33,714 nt of DNA from Burkholderiales bacterium (GTDB lineage: Bacteria; Pseudomonadota; Gammaproteobacteria; Burkholderiales; Usitatibacteraceae). The DNA is taken from NCBI GenBank assembly GCA_031427395.1, contig JANPNJ010000342.1:1-33714 (forward strand), written 5' to 3'. The notes under the pieces were generated by a model. It saw only the letters and a list, made by a program, of their open reading frames with translations. It was not told the DNA's origin and searched no databases. A program made the translations under genes and the position numbers. Below are positions 25,324 to 32,661 of this stretch, one piece after another. How positions within the stretch are numbered: the first letter of the stretch is position 1; every line of letters starts with the position of its first letter.

Positions 25324-27679
25324 TGCCCATTTCATCATTGCTGGTCAGCCCGAAATTGACCATGTTGCCAGTGGTGTTGTTATAAGTGATTTCGGATGTC
25401 AGCCCTTCGCCCGCCTGCAACACCAGCGGCGGATCAAAAGTGGCCATGGCCGGGTGTGCCCACTCGGTGTTTTCATAGACAATCTGGCCGTGGCGCGCCC
25501 CGCCATTGATGCGTATGACAAAACGCTCGCCGAGTTGGTGGGTGTGCGAGGTCAACATCAAAATGCGCGTGGTGGCCGCGAAGGTGAACGACCTGGAATG
25601 GGTGGTGCGCTGGCGCGGTGGCAGGGGGATATTGGTGTTGGCCAGATTGAGCGTGCGGGCGACTTGTGTTACCTGCGCGGCATCAACCGTGTGCAGATTG
25701 GCATAGGCTTCGCCGGAAAGGTCGCTGGTGCCGTTGTTGACGTAATGCAAATTGAGATCCAGCCTCGCGTTGGCGGGCAATGGCAGCGCCACACCGGGAG
25801 GAAAGGCAAAGCCACCCTCTGGCGTCATCGACCCTGCAAAAAATGTGTGGTATCCCATTGGCAGCATATTCAAGAAATTCAGGCTGTTGTCGGCATTGCG
25901 AATATCCCGCACCAGATTTGGCGGGGGAATAACTGCCGACGGGATATTGTTTTGAAAAGTGTAAAGCAGGAAGTGGTGGCTGTTGGCGCGCATCCGGGTT
26001 TCGATGCGCGAGATGTAAATCGGCGCGGTGTTGCCCAATTCACGCATCACAAAAAACTCGCGCTCGAAATTAGGCCGCACCAGAAACGGCTCAACAACCA
26101 ATTGTATGCCGCGTGCCGGCGGTGCCAGCGCGACAAACGGCGCGTAGGCCGGCAGGGTTTTGTCGTCAAGCAGTGCCGCGTCGATGTTGTCACCCGTCTC
26201 AGGCGCGCCGGATTCGATCCAGCGTTTGATGTATTCAAGCTGTCCCACGCTGAGCGAGGTGGCACCCATCGGCATCGGGCTGCCGAAATGTTGCGGCCGG
26301 GACGGATCCCACAACAATAATTTCTGGTAGAGCAGACTGTTTTGCACATCGCGCGGCACCACCTGCTTCATGCCACGCGCGCCCGCCTCCGCCAGTTTCA
26401 CCGGGGCGTTGAACAAATTGCGATAGGACACCGCCGCATCCAGCACCAATGCGGATTGAACAGCATAGGGATGCCCGGCGCTGTGGCAACTGTTGCATGC
26501 CGGTGTCAGGATTTTTTCCTGGATGCGGGAAAAACTGGTCGCCGCCTGCACGGTGGCCACCACAGGCGTCACGCCGTGGAACACCGCGCCATTGTTGGTG
26601 CCCGCCGGTGCGCGGCCGACATCGTTGAATATGGTGGGGCTTGCCTGGTTGCGGTTCAACTGCCACAAATCCAACGTGCCATCACTGCGCAGCCAGAGCA
26701 CATCAAAAACGCCGTCGCCGTTGAAGTCGCCGGTGGCATAGAGTTGGCTCGCCGCATCACTGGCAGGCAGATTGACCAGAGCATTGGCAATCGCCCCCGT
26801 GGTGGCGGTGCAGGAGGCGTTCACATTGTCGGGGTCACCGATGAAATTTGGCAAATTGATCCCGGCCGCGTTCAGTGACATCAGCGCCATTTGTCCGGTG
26901 GCGGGATTGCGCAATAAAATGTCGCCGCGGCCGTTGCCGGTGAAATCCGCGAACGCATGCGCAAGAAAACCAGCGGGCACACTGCCCGCAGAATAATTGG
27001 CACAGGTGCGGTTTGGGGTGGCCATCAGCACCCTGATGCTGTTGTCGGGACTGACATACACCATGTCGGCGGCGCCATCGCCATTCAAATCCATCGCACC
27101 GAGCAATCTCCAGTCGAGCGGCGCACCGCCGCGCTTGCGCACCATGGGCGGTCCGCTGGCATTGGTGAACCAAATATAGGACACACCGGTGTCAGGCGAA
27201 TTGGCCACCACATACCGCCACACCAGGTCACCGCGGCCGTCGCCGTCGAGATCACCCACCGCCTGCACATCCCATACCTGCCGCACCTGCCGGAAGGTGC
27301 GCTCGTTGGTCGGCAGAAAATCGTGCCAGCCTTTGACATCTCCCAGGTCGCCTTGCGTGATGTTTTGGAAAGCCAGATCGGATTTGCCGTTGCCGTCAAA
27401 ATCCGTTACCCCCACCAGGCGAAAGTTGGCGCCAGGATCGATTTGTGACGTGAACACAAACCGGCCATTGACCAGCCGCCCCGCCTGCAATTGCGGCGCG
27501 GCCGCATTGGCCTGGGTGCGCACCAGCACCACACTTTTGTTGTTGCCGTCGATGTCAATGCCGCCGCGCTTGGACAAGGGCACGGCGGTTTGTGCCACGG
27601 CCATCGTGCCTGCCGCCACCAGGACGAATGTGATGGCGGTAGTCAACAACCTATGCAAAATCAGTCTGGCCTGCCGCAT
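25301..27679 (-). CDS. Exported multidomain protein: FG-GAP/VCBS repeats + PSCyt-like CXXCH heme-c module + PHM/DBH-type copper monooxygenase-like domain
   Basis: 792 aa from ATG 27679 (AGGA 8 nt upstream), with signal peptide ...AAGTMAVA/QT. Five DxDGDG-type repeats are present. CNSCH lies at 26483-26497. Copper-ligand motifs are SHHFLLY, LNLHY, SHTHQLG and NDEMGIIFGYYY. See findings. Confidence 0.8.
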   Translation of the reverse strand: MRQARLILHRLLTTAITFVLVAAGTMAVAQTAVPLSKRGGIDIDGNNKSVVLVRTQANAAAPQLQAGRLVNGRFVFTSQIDPGANFRLVGVTDFDGNGKSDLAFQNITQGDLGDVKGWHDFLPTNERTFRQVRQVWDVQAVGDLDGDGRGDLVWRYVVANSPDTGVSYIWFTNASGPPMVRKRGGAPLDWRLLGAMDLNGDGAADMVYVSPDNSIRVLMATPNRTCANYSAGSVPAGFLAHAFADFTGNGRGDILLRNPATGQMALMSLNAAGINLPNFIGDPDNVNASCTATTGAIANALVNLPASDAASQLYATGDFNGDGVFDVLWLRSDGTLDLWQLNRNQASPTIFNDVGRAPAGTNNGAVFHGVTPVVATVQAATSFSRIQEKILTPACNSCHSAGHPYAVQSALVLDAAVSYRNLFNAPVKLAEAGARGMKQVVPRDVQNSLLYQKLLLWDPSRPQHFGSPMPMGATSLSVGQLEYIKRWIESGAPETGDNIDAALLDDKTLPAYAPFVALAPPARGIQLVVEPFLVRPNFEREFFVMRELGNTAPIYISRIETRMRANSHHFLLYTFQNNIPSAVIPPPNLVRDIRNADNSLNFLNMLPMGYHTFFAGSMTPEGGFAFPPGVALPLPANARLDLNLHYVNNGTSDLSGEAYANLHTVDAAQVTQVARTLNLANTNIPLPPRQRTTHSRSFTFAATTRILMLTSHTHQLGERFVIRINGGARHGQIVYENTEWAHPAMATFDPPLVLQAGEGLTSEITYNNTTGNMVNFGLTSNDEMGIIFGYYY

Positions 27680-27714
27680 GAAATTTCCTTTCAAGACACA
27701 ACGTACAGCGTCAT

Positions 27715-28227
27715 TCAAGCCTGCAATTCTATCGCGTACAACGCAAGTTCATCCGGGTCATCACCCAACCGGATTTTGCGCGCAAACTTCATGCCGATTT
27801 TTTCCAGCAGCGCGACGGACGGCAGGTTGTCCGGCAGCGTGATCGCCACCATGCGGTTTTTGTTGAGCACATCGCGGCCATATTGCAGTGTGGCGCGCGC
27901 GGCCTCCAGCGCATAACCCTGCCCGCGGTACGCGGGCAAAAACGCGAAGCCAATATCCACATCATCGAGTGTGTCGCGCTTGATGATGCCGCACATGCCC
28001 ATCGGTGTGCCGTCCTTGCGTGTCGCCAGATACAGGCCGAAGCCGTGTTTCGCGTATTGGGGGATATAGGCTTTGTCCATGTAGGCAACCGCATCATCCA
28101 GCGAATGCACGTTGCGGTCGCCGATATTGCGGATCCAGTCGGGGTCAGTGAGCAGTGCCAGAAAAAACGCGGCATCATCGGGCGTGACTTCGCGCAGCAC
28201 CAAGCGTTTCGTTTCGATTTTAATCAA
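27715..28227 (-). CDS. GNAT family N-acetyltransferase (RimJ/RimL-like)
   Basis: Contains IKIETKRLVLREVTPDD ... GFAFLPAYRGQGYALEAARATLQYG ... LLEKIGMKF. Start placed at TTG 28225-28227 (GGAG 6 nt upstream). GTG 28239 and ATG 28266/28269 are alternatives. Track start 28563 is antisense to the deacylase gene. Confidence 0.75.
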   Translation of the reverse strand: MIKIETKRLVLREVTPDDAAFFLALLTDPDWIRNIGDRNVHSLDDAVAYMDKAYIPQYAKHGFGLYLATRKDGTPMGMCGIIKRDTLDDVDIGFAFLPAYRGQGYALEAARATLQYGRDVLNKNRMVAITLPDNLPSVALLEKIGMKFARKIRLGDDPDELALYAIELQA

Positions 28228-28267
28228 CGTAAACTCCACATATCGCCGCCCACAGGAAACCGCCATC

Positions 28268-29866
28268 ATGCGCCGGTTTGCCGCCATTTTATTGTTAGCC
28301 GCCGTCGCCGGTTGCGCCGGTGTTGACCACAGCGGCAGCGCCGATGTGCTGGTCACCAATGGCCGCATCGTGGACGGCACCGGCAACAACTGGTTTCGCG
28401 GCGATGTGGCCATCAAAAACGGCAGGATCACACACATCGGCAAACTCGCCGCCATGCCCGCGCGGCGTGTCATTGACGCCCAGGACAAAATCGTCGCGCC
28501 AGGTTTTATTGATGTCCACGGCCATATCGAATTCGGCCTGTTTGAGCGCACCACCGCGGACAACTACATCCACAATGGTGTCACCACCGTTATCACCGGC
28601 AATTGCGGCGGCTCCGCCGACAGCCTGAAGGATTTTTTTGCGCGCATCGACCGCGAGCGCACCTCCATCAATATCGCCTCGCTCGTCGGCCACAACACCG
28701 TGCGCCGCCAGGTGATGGGGCTCAACAACCGCGAGGCCACGGCAGAGGACCTGCAAAAAATGCAGGCGCGGGTGGATGAGGCCATGCGTGACGGCGCGGT
28801 GGGATTGTCCACCGGGCTGATTTACCTGCCGGGTGTGTACAGCAGCACGGCGGAGGTGGTGGCACTGGCCAAGACCGCGGCGGCGCACCACGGCGTGTAT
28901 GCCTCGCACATCCGCAACGAAGGCAGCAAAGTGGTCGTGGCCATCAACGAGGCGCTGGACATTGGCCGCGCCGCCAACATGCCGGTGCAGATTTCCCATT
29001 TCAAGGTCAGCGCCCCAGCCAACTGGGGGCGCGCCAACGAAACACTGGCGATGATCCAACAAGCAAGGCGCGATGGCCTGGATGTCACCATTGACCAATA
29101 TCCCTACACCGCCAGCAGCACCCAACTGGCGGTGTTGCTGCCGGATTGGGCGCGCGAGGGCGGCGACGAGGCCACCAAGGCGCGTTTGCTGGACCCCGCC
29201 GTGCGGCCAAAAATCGCCGCTGAAATTTTGGCCAGTGCGCGCGCCTCCAAGCGCCCCGACTTTGCCTTTGCGGTGGTGGCGAGGCACGCCGCCAATGCCG
29301 CGCACAACGGCATGAGCATCGCCGCCATCAACCAACAATCAAAACGTGCCGACAGCATGGAAGCCCAGATCGAAACCATCATGGATATTTTGGTTGCCGG
29401 TGGCGCGCAGATGGTGTTTCACGGCATGCACGAGAATGATGTAAAGGTATTCATGGCCTACCCGTTCAACATGGTCGGCACCGACGGCGGGGTGCAAAGC
29501 GGGCGCGGCATGCCGCACCCACGGAGCTATGGCACCCATGCCCGCGTCCTTGCCAAGTATGTGCGCGAGGAGAAAATTGTCACGCTCGAAGACGCCATCC
29601 GCCGCATGACCTCGCTCGCCGCGCAAAAATTCAGGCTCACCAATCGCGGCCTGCTGCGCGTGGGATATGCCGCCGATTTGGTGATATTTGACGAAAAAAC
29701 CGTGACCGACCGCGCCACCTATGAAAACCCGCACCAGTTTTCGGCGGGTTTCGACACTGTTCTGGTCAATGGCGTGGTCACACTCGACAGTGGCCGACAC
29801 AACGGCGGCAAGGCTGGCGTTGCCCTGCGTGGCCCGCGCGGCAGTGCGCGATCAAACACAGAATAA
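28268..29866 (+). CDS. N-acyl-D-amino-acid deacylase family amidohydrolase, predicted lipoprotein
   Basis: Track ORF trimmed to ATG 28268. Lipoprotein signal MRRFAAILLLAAVAG/C. D-aminoacylase pattern follows: VLVTNGRIVDGTGNNWFRGDVAIKNGRITHIG...VIDAQDKIVAPGFIDVHGH, ASHIRNEG, HFKV, GTDGG. Confidence 0.8.
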   Translation: MRRFAAILLLAAVAGCAGVDHSGSADVLVTNGRIVDGTGNNWFRGDVAIKNGRITHIGKLAAMPARRVIDAQDKIVAPGFIDVHGHIEFGLFERTTADNYIHNGVTTVITGNCGGSADSLKDFFARIDRERTSINIASLVGHNTVRRQVMGLNNREATAEDLQKMQARVDEAMRDGAVGLSTGLIYLPGVYSSTAEVVALAKTAAAHHGVYASHIRNEGSKVVVAINEALDIGRAANMPVQISHFKVSAPANWGRANETLAMIQQARRDGLDVTIDQYPYTASSTQLAVLLPDWAREGGDEATKARLLDPAVRPKIAAEILASARASKRPDFAFAVVARHAANAAHNGMSIAAINQQSKRADSMEAQIETIMDILVAGGAQMVFHGMHENDVKVFMAYPFNMVGTDGGVQSGRGMPHPRSYGTHARVLAKYVREEKIVTLEDAIRRMTSLAAQKFRLTNRGLLRVGYAADLVIFDEKTVTDRATYENPHQFSAGFDTVLVNGVVTLDSGRHNGGKAGVALRGPRGSARSNTE

Positions 29867-29938
29867 ATTTGCCGAATCCGTGTTGATGCCAATATTTTAA
29901 GAGTACGATAGCCAACGTCACTTACGAGGAAAACAATC

Positions 29939-30259
29939 ATGTCCGCTGCCGCCGCCACCGCCGCCCCTCCCCGCCCCGCCACCGCCGCTCCGGCCGCCGC
30001 CGCCGCCGCGCCGGTCAATCCGCTCGCGGACACCGCAGAAAAAATTTTCATCCAAATGGCAAGCAGTGCCACGGTCATCGCCAACAACACCGCCACCCTG
30101 CCGATGGACGCCAAAAATCTCGCGCAACTGTGCTTCGAACTGTCCAAGGCGTTTCATGAGGTGGAAATATCCAGGCGCACCAAGGTCGAACAAACCGTCG
30201 CCAATTTTGATGCCAACATGTGCGACTTTGACGCGTGGTCAACCAAGCCCGCCGCCTGA
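29939..30259 (+). CDS. Hypothetical small protein (Ala/Pro-rich N-terminus)
   Basis: 106-aa ORF with a good RBS (GAGGAAAACAATC-ATG). No family recognised. Confidence 0.5.
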   Translation: MSAAAATAAPPRPATAAPAAAAAAPVNPLADTAEKIFIQMASSATVIANNTATLPMDAKNLAQLCFELSKAFHEVEISRRTKVEQTVANFDANMCDFDAWSTKPAA

Positions 30260-30321
30260 TTGGCTGATGACGCGCAAAACAAACGTCATTCTTCCAGTGA
30301 ATGTCTGATCAAGTTACAAGC

Positions 30322-30413
30322 AGTCGTCATACCGGCGAAAGCCGGTATCCAGAGTCATTAAAAATCGACATGATATATACCGCTGGATTCCGGCTTTCGC
30401 CGGAATGACGACT
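30322..30413. mobile_element. MITE-like element: two 31-nt REP-type hairpin units in inverted orientation around a 30-bp AT-rich spacer
   Basis: Left unit 30322-30352 is AGTCGTCATACCGGCGAAAGCCGGTATCCAG. The reverse complement of the right unit 30383-30413 is AGTCGTCATTCCGGCGAAAGCCGGAATCCAG. That is 29/31 identical, and the two differences are a compensatory A-T to T-A swap in the 8-bp stem (GAAA loop). Confidence 0.7.
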
Positions 30414-30984
30414 TATTCAGAGTGTCCCTAGCCGGATTTTTTGATTTTTTCACCGATTTTTTGCCCGGCGCTTTTTTCACTTTTGCGGTTGATTTTTTGC
30501 CTGGTTTTTTTCCCGTTTTTTTTGCCTGCGGATCACGGTAAACCAGCACCGGCACGTCACACATTGCCTGCACCCTGGTGGTCACGCTGCCCAGAAATGT
30601 CTGCGCGAACACGCCACGCCCGTGTGAGCCGATAAAAACCAGGTCACAGGGTGCGTCAGTCGAACGCGCTGTGGCGACAATGGTTGCCGCCGGGCTTTTG
30701 TCTTCGATGCAAAGCGACGTACACACCACCCCGGCGGCGCGCGCCGCCTTGTCGATCACCCCCAGGATCCGCCTGGCCGCCGCGCGTTGCGCGCGGGCAT
30801 AGTCCGATTCGTTGATGAGGCCGGGTGCCACCGCAAGATGTTCGGTTATCACCAACTGAAACGGCGGATAGACATACAGCGACACGACTTCGGCATCCAT
30901 GAATTTGGCAAGCTCGATGGCGGCGCGTGCGGCGTGTTCGGCGCGTGCCGAGCCGTCGGTCGGGACAAGAATTCGTTTGAACAT
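30358..30984 (-). CDS. Universal stress protein (UspA family) with lysine-rich C-terminal tail
   Basis: Track ORF trimmed to ATG 30984 (GGGGGT RBS). N-terminus MFKRILVPTDGSARAEHAARAAIELAK, then ...DLVFIGSHGRGVFAQTFLGSVTTRVQAMCDVPVLVY. Tail is AKKTGKKPGKKSTAKVKKAPGKKSVKKSK. The last ~18 codons and the stop lie inside the MITE-like element. Confidence 0.85.
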   Translation of the reverse strand: MFKRILVPTDGSARAEHAARAAIELAKFMDAEVVSLYVYPPFQLVITEHLAVAPGLINESDYARAQRAAARRILGVIDKAARAAGVVCTSLCIEDKSPAATIVATARSTDAPCDLVFIGSHGRGVFAQTFLGSVTTRVQAMCDVPVLVYRDPQAKKTGKKPGKKSTAKVKKAPGKKSVKKSKNPARDTLNKSSFRRKPESSGIYHVDF

Positions 30985-31180
30985 GACACCCCCAGTTTGG
31001 TTGCAGATGCATTCGCCGGTTCGGCATGTCCAACATATCAAACCACGGCGGTGTGATGTTGATGCGCGTCAAGCGGCAGCAAATAATCGCGTCCTTTGTC
31101 GGTAAATCCGTGCATTTTTGACCACAACGATCCGACAAACACTTTGTCATGGCGATGTTGTTCGACATACTGTTGGCATC

Positions 31181-32509
31181 ATGTTTGACTCATTAAAGCT
31201 GTCTGCAAAATTATTGTCCGGGCGCGACCGCGCCGTCACCCGGCTGGTGGCGGCGTGTCGGCAGCTTCTCTCCGAAGAAGGCGAAGCCTCCGGTGCCACC
31301 CGCGCCAGGGAAACGCTGGCTTTGTACGCGGCACTCGATGCCACACAGCGGGCGCGTTTTTTCGATGCCCTCAAGCGTGATTTTTCACCGCGCCCGGAAG
31401 CGGTGCTGGAGGCGGCGCACGCCTATGCGCATGAGCCTTCCTCGCTGAATCTGGCGGTGCTGACGAATGTGGCAGAGCCCCCGCGGCAGGAATTGCTGCG
31501 CCGCCTGAATCGCACCGCCGGCGGCACCCATGCCATTGTCGGCATGCGTGTGAAACTGCTTGATGTCCTGCGCCGCGATCACGAGCTCACGCAGGTGGAC
31601 GACGACTTCCGCCACCTGCTGGCCTCCTGGTTCAATCCGGGGTTCCTTGAAATGCGGCGCGTGGATTGGCATTCACCGGCGGCCCTGCTCGAACAAGTCA
31701 TCCAGCACGAGGCTGTGCATGAGGTGCGCGGCTGGGGGGATTTGCGGCGGCGGCTGCAGCAGGACCGCCGTTGTTTCGCGTTTTTCCATCCGGCCATGCC
31801 CGATGAGCCGCTGATTTTTGTGGAAGTCGCGTTGCTGCCCGAGATGGCGCAGGAGATCGGCCCGTTGATCGACGCCAATGCCGCGCCCGGCGATCTGGCC
31901 GATGTCAAGACCGCCGTGTTTTATTCGATCAGCAATTGCCAGCCTGGCTTGCGCGGCGTGTCACTCGGCAATTTTTTGATCAAACGGGTGGTCGATACCC
32001 TGCAGCGGGACACACCCAGGGTGCGCACGTTCTGCACCCTGTCGCCGATCCCCGGTTTTCGTGAATGGCTGAAGCTGCGCGTCGCACAAGGCTTTGTGCA
32101 GGACTTTAGGCCCGGCGACAAACGCCTCAACGACAAATTGAAAAAAGCCCTGGCGGCGGTGCGCGCCACACTGGGCGAGGCGCTGGGTGGCTCCCTCGCC
32201 GAATTGCGCGCCAATGCGGCGGCCATAACCGGCCTCAAACGTGAATTGACCACACTGTGTGCGGCGTACTTGCTGGGCATCGGCGAGGCGGATGCCATGC
32301 CGCAGGATGCGGTGGCGCGCTTTCATCTCAACAACGGCGCCCGGCTGGATCGCCTCAATTGGGCGGCGGACGATTCGGACAAAGGCCTCAGGCAATCACT
32401 CGGCCTGATGGTCAATTATGTTTACGAGCCGCGCCGCATCGAACACAACCACGAACAGTTTGCACGCGGCCGGATCGCGGCGGGCAACGCTGTGACCGAT
32501 CTGGTCTAG
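31181..32509 (+). CDS. Malonyl-CoA decarboxylase
   Basis: Track ORF trimmed to ATG 31181. MCD family pattern: FLEMRRVDWHSPAALLEQVIQHEAVHEVRGWGDLRRRL, CFAFFHPAMPDEPLIFVEVAL, AVFYSISNCQPGLRGVSLGNFLIKRVV, FCTLSPIPGFREWL, RFHLNNGA. Confidence 0.88.
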   Translation: MFDSLKLSAKLLSGRDRAVTRLVAACRQLLSEEGEASGATRARETLALYAALDATQRARFFDALKRDFSPRPEAVLEAAHAYAHEPSSLNLAVLTNVAEPPRQELLRRLNRTAGGTHAIVGMRVKLLDVLRRDHELTQVDDDFRHLLASWFNPGFLEMRRVDWHSPAALLEQVIQHEAVHEVRGWGDLRRRLQQDRRCFAFFHPAMPDEPLIFVEVALLPEMAQEIGPLIDANAAPGDLADVKTAVFYSISNCQPGLRGVSLGNFLIKRVVDTLQRDTPRVRTFCTLSPIPGFREWLKLRVAQGFVQDFRPGDKRLNDKLKKALAAVRATLGEALGGSLAELRANAAAITGLKRELTTLCAAYLLGIGEADAMPQDAVARFHLNNGARLDRLNWAADDSDKGLRQSLGLMVNYVYEPRRIEHNHEQFARGRIAAGNAVTDLV

Positions 32510-32530
32510 CTGCCACACCAGTACAGCAGT

Positions 32531-32586
32531 CGTAGGGTGGGTGCAACCCACCGTTTGCGATGATGGTGGGCTACGCCCACCCTACC
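32531..32586. repeat. REP-type palindromic pair (GTAGGGTGGG ... CCCACCCTAC)
   Basis: Hairpin GGTGGGT-GCA-ACCCACC lies at 32536-32552 and hairpin GGTGGGC-TAC-GCCCACC at 32565-32581. The outer 10-nt arms 32532-32541 and 32576-32585 are exact reverse complements. Lies between convergent genes. Confidence 0.75.
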
Positions 32587-32607
32587 AAAAATTTGCGGCG
32601 TTCAGGT

Positions 32608-32650
32608 CATGTCAAAATTCAAAAAAGTTGTGACATGTTTCTTTTTTTAC
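32608..32650 (+). terminator. Possible Rho-independent terminator after the malonyl-CoA decarboxylase gene
   Basis: CATGTCA (32608-32614), a 16-nt A-rich loop, TGACATG (32631-32637), then TTTCTTTTTTT. The stem is AT-rich and short, so confidence is only moderate. Confidence 0.45.
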
Positions 32651-32661
32651 GGATTGCTTTA

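Noticed and set aside
25112-26320. 402-aa plus-strand ORF. The same reasoning applies to 28295..29338(-), 9697..10491(-), 8483..9178(-), 24235..25113(-) and 21929..22723(-).
   Set aside because: All lie antisense to CDSs with strong family signatures. They are Arg/Gly/His-rich with no RBS or motif support.
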